DNA of 44,039 nucleotides from contig CAZJVM010000012.1 of NCBI GenBank assembly GCA_964549305.1, forward strand, positions 1 to 44,039, given 5' to 3'. Every line of letters starts with the position of its first letter. The first letter of the stretch is position 1. Made by a program: the position numbers and the translations under genes. The notes under the pieces were generated by a model. That model saw only the letters and a list, made by a program, of their open reading frames with translations. It was not told the DNA's origin and did not search any database. Shown here in pieces: positions 19,392 through 28,882 of the stretch. The DNA is from an uncultured bacterium (GTDB lineage Bacteria > Schekmanbacteria > GWA2-38-11 > J061).

Positions 19392-20441
19392 ATGAAAAAA
19401 ATCACTCTTGGAAATACGGGACTCCAGGCCACAAAGCTCGGTTTCGGCGCGATGCACCTGCCTCGATTAAGCGTCGGGGAATCGGAAAAACTGGTAAATG
19501 CCGCAATTGATATGGGCATTAACTACATAGATACTGCCCGTGCATATCAGGACAGCGAAGAAAAGCTTTCGCGCGTAATCCCAAAACGAAGGGACGAAGT
19601 AATTCTTACAAGCAGGGCATTCTCGTGGAAGATGGGTCCTGACAAATTCATTGAAGACCTTGAAACAAGTTTAAAAACCCTGAAAGTCGATTATTTTGAT
19701 TTTTACGGATTTCACAGCGTAAATAAACCTGAAGAGCTCGAAATTATAATGGAAAAACATTTCGAACTGCTGAAAAAGGCGCAGGATGAAGGCAAGGTGA
19801 AACACCTGCTCATAACCGGGCACAACCATCTTGTAATGTGGGAAGCGGCAAAGAAAGGCGTTTTCGATATGATATTCTTCCCCTTTAATATCATCGAGCA
19901 GGAACCACTTGAAAAGCTCATTCCCGCGATTCAGGAAAAGAATATCGCCTCTACCGTTATGAAACCGCTTGCCGGTGGTATGATAGAGAAAGCCGATTTG
20001 TCTTTGCGCTTCTTCGCATCACAACCGGTAGACGTAATTGTCGTTGGAATGGCAAAGATGAGCGAACTTGTGGAGAATTTCAGGACAATCAGTGAAGGAA
20101 AGGAACTTTCAGCCGAAGAAACGGAAAAACTGGAAAAATCAGTTGAAGTGCTCGGCAAAGATTTTTGCAGAAGATGCGCCTACTGCCAGCCCTGCCCTCA
20201 GAATATAATGATTCCTTTCGTTCATATGGTCTATCAGAAATGTTATGGCAAAGAGATGGATGATGACATTTCCTACACCCTTCAACTGGGACAACGCCTG
20301 CTTCCTTCACTGAAGCAATGTTCGGAATGCGGGCAGTGTGAAGAAAAATGCCCTTATGAGCTTCCCACAAAAGAACGAATAAAGACAATCATCGATATGC
20401 TCGAAGGGGTCTCTTCGGCAACACCGTCCACTTCGGCTTAA
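19392..20441 (+). CDS. Aldo/keto reductase with C-terminal Fe-S domain
   Basis: LGFGAM, GINYIDTARAY, MKPLAGG; CRRCAYCQPCP and CSECGQCEEKCP. Confidence 0.88.
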   Translation: MKKITLGNTGLQATKLGFGAMHLPRLSVGESEKLVNAAIDMGINYIDTARAYQDSEEKLSRVIPKRRDEVILTSRAFSWKMGPDKFIEDLETSLKTLKVDYFDFYGFHSVNKPEELEIIMEKHFELLKKAQDEGKVKHLLITGHNHLVMWEAAKKGVFDMIFFPFNIIEQEPLEKLIPAIQEKNIASTVMKPLAGGMIEKADLSLRFFASQPVDVIVVGMAKMSELVENFRTISEGKELSAEETEKLEKSVEVLGKDFCRRCAYCQPCPQNIMIPFVHMVYQKCYGKEMDDDISYTLQLGQRLLPSLKQCSECGQCEEKCPYELPTKERIKTIIDMLEGVSSATPSTSA

Positions 20442-20457
20442 AAAAGATATATAAGAT

Positions 20458-21189
20458 ATGAACGACAACTATTACAGACAGGGACCTCCCACATACAGTT
20501 TCGGCCCTTCAATAACTCCGACGGTAAAAAAGCTGATTTACATAAATGCCGGAGTCTTTATTTTTCAGCAGATTACTTCAAGCCAGATAGTACTTCTCTT
20601 CGGGCTTGTTCCGAGACTTGTCATAAGCGAACTCTACGCGTGGCAGTTATTCACATATCAGTTTCTGCACGGAGGATTCTTTCACATTCTCTTCAATATG
20701 TTTGCCCTGTGGATGTTTGGATGCGAGCTTGAAAGAAGATGGGGACAGGAGTTCTTCCTGAGATATTATTTACTTTGCGCTGTGTGGGCAGGTATATCAT
20801 CTACGATTTTTACTCCGTCATCGCAGATTCCGATTATAGGCGCGTCAGGCGCTGTCTACGGAATACTTCTTGCATACGGGCTCTACTTCCCCGAAAGAAA
20901 AATCCTTATTTATTTTCTCTTTCCTATGAAAATGAAGCATTTTCTCATTTTTATCGGGGCACTTGAATTCTTCTCCGCAATGTCAGCCACAAACAGCGGT
21001 ATTGCTCATCTTGCCCATCTCGGCGGAATGGTTTTCGGATTCTTTTATCTCAAACGAGGCGGCAAAGGAGGAGGCAAAGGCATATTCAAGGACACCTATC
21101 TTCGCCTGAAATACTGGTGGATTAGAAGAAAACTCACGGTCCTCTCTGGCGATGATGACGACAATGAAAATGACAGATACTACCACTGA
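20458..21189 (+). CDS. Rhomboid family intramembrane serine protease
   Basis: WQLFTYQFLH...HILFNM, catalytic GASG and AHLGG. Confidence 0.92.
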   Translation: MNDNYYRQGPPTYSFGPSITPTVKKLIYINAGVFIFQQITSSQIVLLFGLVPRLVISELYAWQLFTYQFLHGGFFHILFNMFALWMFGCELERRWGQEFFLRYYLLCAVWAGISSTIFTPSSQIPIIGASGAVYGILLAYGLYFPERKILIYFLFPMKMKHFLIFIGALEFFSAMSATNSGIAHLAHLGGMVFGFFYLKRGGKGGGKGIFKDTYLRLKYWWIRRKLTVLSGDDDDNENDRYYH

Positions 21190-21206
21190 AAATCTACTGA
21201 CCACTT

Positions 21207-21707
21207 TTACTCACTATTCCAGATATATTTTTCCGGTTTTCCTCCCGTTGAGCGGAAAAAGGATATTCTCCGGGGAACGATTTTAATCATCGTGATTCTT
21301 GATTTTGCCTCTTCGGGGAAAGGTCTTCCGCTCGACACCATACTTATCTCATCGAGACGGATTATTTTATACCCCTTTTCAAACTCTTCGGGATTGTCCC
21401 GGAGGGTTATGATTTCCGCCCTACCCCACATCTGAAGACCTCTGGCGTTTTTCATATACTGCTTGCCTACGGGAATGAAAACGGCAAGGCATACATTGGG
21501 ATTTATCCTGATGTTTTCAACTTTGCCTCCGGGGTCAGCGACGAAATACATATTAAGTCCGTCGTTTCTTGCATCGACGGGAGTGTTGCGGGGTTTGTTG
21601 TCTTTACAAGTAGAAAGAGCACAGGTGAAATAATTCTCCCCGTGCTCTTTCAGAAAATCAAGAATCAGTTTTTCAACTTCTTCCTTTTTCTTTTCAGACA
21701 TAGACAT
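21207..21707 (-). CDS. Pyridoxamine 5'-phosphate oxidase-like FMN-binding protein
   Basis: LSTC...PRNTPV, KVENIRINPNVCL, RGLQMWGRA. Confidence 0.75.
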   Translation of the reverse strand: MSMSEKKKEEVEKLILDFLKEHGENYFTCALSTCKDNKPRNTPVDARNDGLNMYFVADPGGKVENIRINPNVCLAVFIPVGKQYMKNARGLQMWGRAEIITLRDNPEEFEKGYKIIRLDEISMVSSGRPFPEEAKSRITMIKIVPRRISFFRSTGGKPEKYIWNSE

Positions 21708-21764
21708 TGATAATGTTTTACATTACATACTAATCATTAATCAGCTGTTTTATAAGTATAATAC

Positions 21765-22523
21765 TTACTTTTTCTCTATATTTGCGTCTTCTAAGATAAC
21801 GTTGTATTCATATCCTGAGCCAAAATCCTTGTCACTTGCAACAGCACCTTCCGCAACGACCACATCTCCTGTCTGAGGAACGTTTTTTGTGGTTACAACG
21901 AGGTCGTGTGTCCCTTTCGCGGAATCGCCTGTGCCATCCTGAAGATGAACCCAGTTTTTGCCCATTATCTCGCGAAGCACTTTAACAGCTTTTCCCTTAA
22001 CCTTTACCGTCTTACTGTCAAGCTCTTTGCGCTTTTCATAAACTTCGGCAACGGTGTAGGCATTTTTTCCAGTCGCTTTTTCAACCTTAATCGGCCCGAC
22101 AGGCAAAGTTTCCGTCTCTTTTACTTCTCCCTGCGAGAGCATTTCGCCCTCTCCCACAGGACCGAGCGAAAATATTATCTTGTCAAATGTTCTTTTTAAT
22201 GTGTTGCTTTTGAAATTCTCCATAACCGTGCCGTTCAGAAGATTAACTGTGTCGCCAACTTTTACATTTATTTCAGGCACAGCAACCCAGACCGATTCGC
22301 CTTTGCTGTCCACATTGATATAAGTGTAACCGCCGCTGTTAAAAGTTTCCTTTACCTCGCCGGAAATTGCGTCTGCAGGAATTGCGGCGCTTTTTGTCGC
22401 ACCCGATTCGGGAGACTGCATCGATTCATTTCCCTCATTACCGGTACAGGCGTTTAAGGAAAAGATAAGCGGAAGGGAAAGAGCAACTGCCAGAACTAAA
22501 CGCACAAAATACTTCATCATCAA
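21765..22523 (-). CDS. Lipoprotein with tandem OB-fold-like domains (NrfJ-like)
   Basis: Lipobox LNAC; GGYTY...WVAVP...M.NF.S..LKRTF and IMGKNWVHLQDG...DKDFGSGYEY motifs. Confidence 0.65.
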   Translation of the reverse strand: MMMKYFVRLVLAVALSLPLIFSLNACTGNEGNESMQSPESGATKSAAIPADAISGEVKETFNSGGYTYINVDSKGESVWVAVPEINVKVGDTVNLLNGTVMENFKSNTLKRTFDKIIFSLGPVGEGEMLSQGEVKETETLPVGPIKVEKATGKNAYTVAEVYEKRKELDSKTVKVKGKAVKVLREIMGKNWVHLQDGTGDSAKGTHDLVVTTKNVPQTGDVVVAEGAVASDKDFGSGYEYNVILEDANIEKK

Positions 22524-22680
22524 TCCTCCTGTAAATTCATCGTTATCTTTGAATATATTTTCTGTGAGGATAATACTTTTTTAAAAAAGTGACAAGCATT
22601 TAAAACCTTTCCTGTAAATACAAAACATTGACAGGAGAACACCTTATAAAATAAAGTTATGTAAAACAGGAGTGTGAAAA

Positions 22681-24846
22681 ATGGCTGTAATACAGGGAGT
22701 CGTGGACAGAATTGTCTTCAATAACGAAGAAAACGGATATACGGTGCTTCGCCTGCTCATTGAAAATGACACGGGAATTACCGCTGTGGGGAATATGACG
22801 GGAGTAAATCCCGGTGAAGCGCTCAGGGTGGAAGGTGAATGGACATCCCATAAGAAATTCGGTGAGCAGTTTAAGGTGGCATCCTATAAATGGATTTTCC
22901 CGAAAACCCGAAGCGGAATCGAAAGATACCTCGCGTCGGGCATAATCAAAGGAATAGGCCCCGTGTTGGCAAAGCGTCTCATAGACGCCTTCGGGGAAAA
23001 TGTCATAACAGTGCTCGACAACTCCCCTGAAGAGTTGAAGCAGGTTGAAGGAATCGGGGAAAAGAAGTTTGCCGTGATAAACAAAGCGTGGCAAGAGCAA
23101 AAGCAGATAAGAGACGTGATGATATTCCTTCAGTCATACGGAATAAGCCCCGCTTACGCCTCGAAAATATACAAAAGATACGGAAACGACTGTATCAATA
23201 TTCTAAAAAACAATCCTTACCGAATGGCCTATGACATTACGGGGATAGGATTTAAAACCGCTGACAAAATAGCCGTAACAGGCGGATTTGACCCGGAATC
23301 CCCGGAAAGAATAAAAGCGGCGCTTATTTATCAACTGGGCAATGTGCTTGAAGACGGGCATACCTGCTATCCCGAAGACGGACTCATTCAGGACTGTATC
23401 GAACTTCTCGATATAGGAAAACCGGATATAGTAAAGGACTCCCTCAACGCTCTTGTAGGCGAAGGGACCTTCGTAAAAGAGGCATACGGAGGTGATAAAG
23501 AACCGCTAATATACCTCTACTCCCTTTATGAAGCGGAAGTGGAGATAGGCAGGATGCTGAAAAACACAATAAGTAAAACGGAGAGTTTCATATCAGAGGC
23601 ATCCATCGAAAATGAAATATCCGATATGGAACATTCCGAAAGCATACATCTGGCGCCTGAGCAGAAGGATGCAATCAAGTGCATCTTCTCCAACAGGGTT
23701 GCAATCATAACGGGAGGACCCGGCACCGGAAAAACAACCATACTGCGATTTGTCACGATGCTATGCAGAAAAAGCAGTCTAAAAATACAACTTGCCGCAC
23801 CCACGGGACGGGCATCGAAAAGACTTTCGGAGGTTACCGGAATAGAGGCAAAGACAATTCATCGCCTTCTCGAATACAATCCCAATATGGGAGGGTTTCA
23901 AAGAAATGCGGAATCCCCTCTCAAAGCGGATATTATCATACTTGACGAATCGTCTATGATAGACATTCCTCTGTTTTACAATTTTCTCGATGCCGTTCCT
24001 CAAAACTGCCGTCTGTTGATGGTGGGAGATATCAATCAGCTTCCTTCAGTGGGACCGGGAAATCTTCTGCGCGACCTTATCGAATCTAAAACCATCGCCT
24101 GCGTAAAACTTGAAAAGATATTCAGGCAGGAGGCAAACAGCAATATTGTCATAAATGCTCACAAGGTAAACAACGGCAATTTTCCATCGGTGCCGAAATT
24201 TGACAAATCTCACAAGGGTGACTTTTATTTTTTCGAAGAGGAAAATCAGGAAACAGTGCTTGAGATAATCAAGGAGCTTTATTGCAAAAAAATCCCCGAT
24301 AAATTCGGTTACAATCCTTTTACGGATATACAGGTGCTGACTCCTATGCACAAGGGCACCGTAGGCGCGCTGAATCTTAACACTGTCCTTCAGAATATTC
24401 TCAACCCCCGGAAAAAGGAAATCAATCGGGGAAACAAAATCTTCAGAAGAAAAGACAAAGTGATGCAGACGAGGAATAATTACGAGAAGGAAGTGTTTAA
24501 CGGGGACATAGGAATAATAGAAACGATAGATTTCGAAGAGCAGTCGCTGGTGGTCAATTTTGACGACCGATATATCAATTATGAATTCAGCGAGCTCGAT
24601 GAGCTTACGCTTTCATACGCCATATCCATCCACAAATCACAGGGCTCGGAATACAACGCCGTGATAATTCCCATTCTAACCCAGCACTATTTTCTCCTGC
24701 AGAAGAATCTCCTATATACGGGCATAACGAGAGGCAGAAATCTCGTAATTCTGACGGGAACAAAGAAAGCGATATGGATGGCGATAAAGAATAACAAGGT
24801 GCAGGAGAGATATACTCTGCTCAGGGAAAGACTGCTTAAAGAGTAA
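22681..24846 (+). CDS. recD2: ATP-dependent RecD-like DNA helicase
   Basis: N-terminal OB and HhH (IKGIG, VEGIG), GGPGTGKTT, APTGRA, DESSM, GDINQLPSVG, IHKSQGSE, YTGITR. Confidence 0.95.
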   Translation: MAVIQGVVDRIVFNNEENGYTVLRLLIENDTGITAVGNMTGVNPGEALRVEGEWTSHKKFGEQFKVASYKWIFPKTRSGIERYLASGIIKGIGPVLAKRLIDAFGENVITVLDNSPEELKQVEGIGEKKFAVINKAWQEQKQIRDVMIFLQSYGISPAYASKIYKRYGNDCINILKNNPYRMAYDITGIGFKTADKIAVTGGFDPESPERIKAALIYQLGNVLEDGHTCYPEDGLIQDCIELLDIGKPDIVKDSLNALVGEGTFVKEAYGGDKEPLIYLYSLYEAEVEIGRMLKNTISKTESFISEASIENEISDMEHSESIHLAPEQKDAIKCIFSNRVAIITGGPGTGKTTILRFVTMLCRKSSLKIQLAAPTGRASKRLSEVTGIEAKTIHRLLEYNPNMGGFQRNAESPLKADIIILDESSMIDIPLFYNFLDAVPQNCRLLMVGDINQLPSVGPGNLLRDLIESKTIACVKLEKIFRQEANSNIVINAHKVNNGNFPSVPKFDKSHKGDFYFFEEENQETVLEIIKELYCKKIPDKFGYNPFTDIQVLTPMHKGTVGALNLNTVLQNILNPRKKEINRGNKIFRRKDKVMQTRNNYEKEVFNGDIGIIETIDFEEQSLVVNFDDRYINYEFSELDELTLSYAISIHKSQGSEYNAVIIPILTQHYFLLQKNLLYTGITRGRNLVILTGTKKAIWMAIKNNKVQERYTLLRERLLKE

Positions 24847-24863
24847 TTGTGTTTTTCGATAAT

Positions 24864-25901
24864 TTACAGAGAATGGACAAGGTCAACAAGATATTTCACA
24901 GTTTCAAAGGGAGTGTTTCTGACAATCCATCCGCCTAAACTGAAAATGTGCGCCGGTGCAGACTTCCCTTTTTTCACAATCTCCTTTACCCTTTTTTCAA
25001 TATCCTCTCTGCTTTCGAAGAGGCAATAGGGTTCGAGATTTCCCTGTACCACCTGTTTGCAGTCGAATCTCTTTATTACATCAGCAATGTCGAGTGTCCA
25101 ACTGAAGGCGACAATATCGGGCGATAATTCTTCGACAGGAGATTTTAGAAAACTTGAACCGTCGCAGGCAAAAAGCAAAGGGACTCCATGGGACTTCACT
25201 CTTTCCGCGAGTCTCTTTACATAGGGAAAGCAGAATTCACGGTAATCTTCGGGGGAGAGTACCGCGGGAGCGCCGAGGTCGAGAATCATAATCACATCGG
25301 CTCCCGCGTTTACTTGCGCCGAAACAGATTCGAGACAAAATGCGGTAAGTTTTTCCATAAAGGAATGGAAAAGTTTTGATTCCCCGTGCATCATTGTTTT
25401 AAAATTGTGATAAGCCTTCGTGCCTGAAGGCGCCTGTCCTTCAATAAGAAATGCCCCCGTTGACATAGGACCGCCAACCCAACCGATGAGAGGCGCCCTG
25501 TTGCAAAGTTCTTTCTTTGAAATTCTCATCGCTTCGAGCCATACCTTCATCGCGTCGGAAGGGTCAGGCACAGACAGTTTTTCCACATCGGACTTACATC
25601 GCACGGGATTTGACACGGAAGGTCCGCCGTTTTCCGAAAGAGTAACATCGAATCCCATTTTTCTAAAGGGCACGAGAAGGTCGGAAACGTGAATCGCGGC
25701 ATCATAACCGACTTCGGTGACAGGATTGACGGTACATTGAGAACTTAATTCCGGACTCCCCATTATTTCAGAGAAACTGTATTTTTCGCGAAGTTTTTGG
25801 TTTGAAGGCGAGGTTACGCTTTGAATTTCTATGACGATAGGCATCCTGTCTGGCTTTTGCCCAAGTGTCGCCTGAAGATAAGGCATATTTTCAGATTTCA
25901 T
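24864..25901 (-). CDS. Uroporphyrinogen decarboxylase-family protein, non-canonical
   Basis: UroD-like DAAI..SDLL, LIGWVGGP, QVNAGAD and VQGNLEP segments, but the RQAGR and LGHG signatures are missing. Confidence 0.75.
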   Translation of the reverse strand: MKSENMPYLQATLGQKPDRMPIVIEIQSVTSPSNQKLREKYSFSEIMGSPELSSQCTVNPVTEVGYDAAIHVSDLLVPFRKMGFDVTLSENGGPSVSNPVRCKSDVEKLSVPDPSDAMKVWLEAMRISKKELCNRAPLIGWVGGPMSTGAFLIEGQAPSGTKAYHNFKTMMHGESKLFHSFMEKLTAFCLESVSAQVNAGADVIMILDLGAPAVLSPEDYREFCFPYVKRLAERVKSHGVPLLFACDGSSFLKSPVEELSPDIVAFSWTLDIADVIKRFDCKQVVQGNLEPYCLFESREDIEKRVKEIVKKGKSAPAHIFSLGGWIVRNTPFETVKYLVDLVHSL

Positions 25902-25939
25902 AGAAAATTCCCCATAGTTAAATGCGCATATATTGCGAA

Positions 25940-26836
25940 CTATTTAAAATTATCTTTGTACACCTTTACATTATATTTCTTCTTCAGTCTTTCTATATCC
26001 TTCTTTATGACGGTTATGGTTTTTTCCTGATTGAGCAGAACTCCTATTTTCCCTCTTACTTCATCAAGAGTCAGATATTTTCCCCTTTTGATATTCCATA
26101 CTTTAACAATGTGAAAACCGACATCGCTTTTGAAAGGTCCGGCAATTTGTTTCTCGTTCATTGAAAAAAGCTTATTTACCATTGCCTCACTGCCCGCGTA
26201 TCCGGGAATTGCCCTGTTTTTGTAAATCAGCCCTATTTTCCCACCTTTTGACGAAGTAATTTTATCGATGGAATATTCTTTTGCCGCCTTCGGAAAGGGT
26301 ATTTTATCTTCGGAGATAAGCTTCTTTATTCTCTCTGCCTCATCATTTGAGTTTAGAAGAATATGTGAAACAATCGCGTAATCATCGTTTTTAAATTCTT
26401 CTTTGTGCTCCTTGTAATATTCAGATATATCCTTTTCTGAAACCTGCATATCTTTCACAACATAATTTTTAATATAGATATCCCTCGCAAGCGCGCGCCT
26501 GATACTTTCCACGCGCAGAATGAATTCCGGGTCCTTTTCTATATTTTTCTTCACTCCTTCAGTATAAAGAACCTCCGTGTCGAGATAGTCGTTTATGAAA
26601 GCCTTTTTAAGTTTCATATTCGAATATCTTGGCTGTAAATCTTCGGGAAGAAGTTTGATGAGCTTGTTTATATCGTCAATGGTAATTTTCCTTCCGTCTA
26701 TTTCTGCAATCACATCAGAGGGAACATCTTGCGCCTCCTGCGAAAAAACATAAGACGGAGAATTTGCCGAAGCGAAGATGATTAACAGGAGTACGGTCGA
26801 AAGTCTGATAAAAGATTTGTTAAGGAAGAAATACAT
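25940..26836 (-). CDS. Periplasmic parvulin-type peptidyl-prolyl isomerase
   Basis: Signal peptide; SHIL, F..AAKEYS.D, GGKIG and GPFKSDVGFHIVK; start at ATG 26836 after GGGAGG. Confidence 0.85.
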   Translation of the reverse strand: MYFFLNKSFIRLSTVLLLIIFASANSPSYVFSQEAQDVPSDVIAEIDGRKITIDDINKLIKLLPEDLQPRYSNMKLKKAFINDYLDTEVLYTEGVKKNIEKDPEFILRVESIRRALARDIYIKNYVVKDMQVSEKDISEYYKEHKEEFKNDDYAIVSHILLNSNDEAERIKKLISEDKIPFPKAAKEYSIDKITSSKGGKIGLIYKNRAIPGYAGSEAMVNKLFSMNEKQIAGPFKSDVGFHIVKVWNIKRGKYLTLDEVRGKIGVLLNQEKTITVIKKDIERLKKKYNVKVYKDNFK

Positions 26837-26871
26837 ATTACCCTCCCTGCTTTTATGAAAAATATTCCAAC

Positions 26872-27489
26872 TCACTTAATAAAGATTCTTCTTCCCTGAA
26901 TTTCTATTCTGTCGTCGCAAAAAAGTGCTACTGCCTCAGCATACGCCTTGTGCTCTTCTTCGAGAATCTTCTCCGCAAGGGTATGCTCGTTGTCGGTATC
27001 GAGAACTCTTACAATCTTCTGCAAAATAATAGGACCCGTATCGGTGCCTTCGTCAACAAAATGCACAGTGCATCCGCTCACTTTAACTCCATAGTCTATG
27101 GCTTGCTTCTGCGCGTCCACTCCGGGGAAGGAGGGAAGAAGCGCCGGATGAATATTTATTATTCTGTTCGGGTATTTTGACACGAAAAAGGAAGTGAGCA
27201 CACGCATAAAACCGGCAAGGCATACAAGGTCAACTTCATTGTCATCTAAGCATTTAACTATCTCTTTTTCGAATTCCTCTCTGCCTGAATATTGTTTGTG
27301 GTCAATAACAGCGGTTTTAATACCGTGTTTCCCTGCTCTTTCAAGGGCAAATGCATCTTTTTTATTGCTGATTACGACAGATATACGTCCGTTGATTTTC
27401 TTGCTTTCCACTGCGTCAATCAATGCCTGAAGATTGCTTCCTCTGCCCGAAACGAGGACTCCGATATTCTTTTCTTTTGCCAATTTCAA
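26872..27489 (-). CDS. purN: Phosphoribosylglycinamide formyltransferase
   Basis: SGRGSNLQAL, LAGFMRVL, NIHPALLP, GCTVHFV..GTDTGPI. Confidence 0.97.
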   Translation of the reverse strand: MKLAKEKNIGVLVSGRGSNLQALIDAVESKKINGRISVVISNKKDAFALERAGKHGIKTAVIDHKQYSGREEFEKEIVKCLDDNEVDLVCLAGFMRVLTSFFVSKYPNRIINIHPALLPSFPGVDAQKQAIDYGVKVSGCTVHFVDEGTDTGPIILQKIVRVLDTDNEHTLAEKILEEEHKAYAEAVALFCDDRIEIQGRRIFIK

Positions 27490-27506
27490 TCTCCCGCCAT
27501 ATCAGG

Positions 27507-28544
27507 TTATTTGATAACCACCTTTCCTTCGCCTTTTATGATTTTCCCTATCTTCCATCCTTTTTGCCCCGAAGAAAGGCAATGTGTGAGAATATTATCG
27601 CAGTCCTTCTCCTCTGCAATAATTACAAGACCGATTCCCATATTGAAAGTCCTGAAAAGTTCATCTCTCTCGATGAGATTCTTTGACATTATGAAGCGAA
27701 AAACATCTGTCATCTCCCAGGAATCGGAATAAATCTCCGAGGAAACGGATTTCGGAAGAACTCTCGGAAGATTTTCCAACAACCCTCCGCCTGTAATGTG
27801 GGCAATGCCCTTAACCTGATATGAGTGAAGAAGACCTTTTACGCATTTAACATAGATGCGTGTAGGTCTTAAAAGCACATCGGCGACACTTTGGTTATCT
27901 ATGCCCGGAAAAGGGTCACCGGGTGAAAAAGCAAGTTCTTTGAAAAAGAGATTTCGCGCGAGGGAATATCCGTTGCTGTGAAGTCCCGTCGAGGCAAGTC
28001 CGATTATGGCATCACCGGCATTGATATTTTTGGACGGGAGCACTTTTGACTCTTCCACAACACCTACGGCAAAACCTGCCATATCGTATTCGCCTTCCCT
28101 GTAGAAACCAGGCATCTCGGCGGTTTCACCTCCTATGAGCGCCATTTCCGCCTGTCTGCATCCTTCGGCAACACCCTTTACCACTTCCACTCCCTGCTCA
28201 ACGGAAAGTTTCCCGGTGGCAAAGTAATCGAGAAAGAAGAGAGGTGTCGCGCCACATACTATTATGTCGTTGGCGCACATTGCCACCAGATCTATCCCTA
28301 TTGTTTCGTGCCTTCCCGCGTCGAATGCCACTTTAAGCTTCGTGCCCACTCCATCAGTCGATGATACGAGCAGGGGTTTCTTCAGCCCTTCGGGAAACTT
28401 GAAGAAACCGCCGAAACCTCCCAAATCCGACACCACCCCTTCCGTAAAAGTGGAACGGGCAAGAGGCTTTATCTTATCTACAAATATATTTCCGTCATCT
28501 ATGCTCACACCGGAAGACGCGTAATCAAGTTTTTTATCATTCAT
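27507..28544 (-). CDS. purM: Phosphoribosylformylglycinamidine cyclo-ligase (AIR synthase)
   Basis: TDGVGTKL, GIDLVAM, GGETAEMPG, GLHSNGYSL, HITGGG, TFNMGIG. Confidence 0.97.
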   Translation of the reverse strand: MNDKKLDYASSGVSIDDGNIFVDKIKPLARSTFTEGVVSDLGGFGGFFKFPEGLKKPLLVSSTDGVGTKLKVAFDAGRHETIGIDLVAMCANDIIVCGATPLFFLDYFATGKLSVEQGVEVVKGVAEGCRQAEMALIGGETAEMPGFYREGEYDMAGFAVGVVEESKVLPSKNINAGDAIIGLASTGLHSNGYSLARNLFFKELAFSPGDPFPGIDNQSVADVLLRPTRIYVKCVKGLLHSYQVKGIAHITGGGLLENLPRVLPKSVSSEIYSDSWEMTDVFRFIMSKNLIERDELFRTFNMGIGLVIIAEEKDCDNILTHCLSSGQKGWKIGKIIKGEGKVVIK

Positions 28545-28658
28545 TGCTTATTGCCTCTGATTAATCTTTGTTTGATGAAATATAATTTACGGTATGGATG
28601 TACATAACATATCATCGCAATCTGTCCAAAGAGGTTTTTTCAATAAAATATAATACCC

Positions 28659-28687
28659 GGGGGCAGACACAGAAGTCCGCACGCTAC
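28659..28687 (-). repeat. Degenerate GTAG-type REP-like palindrome
   Basis: Minus strand GTAG-CGT-GCGGAC-TTCTGT-GTCTGC-CCC: GTAG tetramer followed by an imperfect hairpin. Confidence 0.4.
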
Positions 28688-28741
28688 AAAATATTGTTGA
28701 TAAGTTTATCAGGTTTCTTTGTGGTTATTTTTTAATGCTTG

Positions 28742-28855
28742 CTGGATTATCCGGTCAAGCCGGATAATGACGCGTGAGAGGTACCGGGCAATGACTCACA
28801 AGAGGTGCAGGATAATGACGCGTGAGAGGTGCCGGATAATGACTCGCAAGGGTTA
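28742..28855 (+). repeat. REP/RPE-like palindrome plus four 24-bp tandem units
   Basis: ATTATCCGG-TCAAG-CCGGATAAT hairpin, then units starting at 28760, 28784, 28808 and 28832, each with a C(C/A)GG..AATGAC core. Confidence 0.75.
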
Positions 28856-28882
28856 GATGACACCTTTGTGCTTCCATATACA

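Noticed and set aside
22628-22657. TTGACA upstream of recD2 as a sigma70 promoter
   Set aside because: No good -10 element at 17-bp spacing; support is too weak to list
28760-28855. 24-bp periodic repeats as a CRISPR array
   Set aside because: No unique spacers (units 1 and 3 are nearly identical), the period is too short, and there are no cas genes
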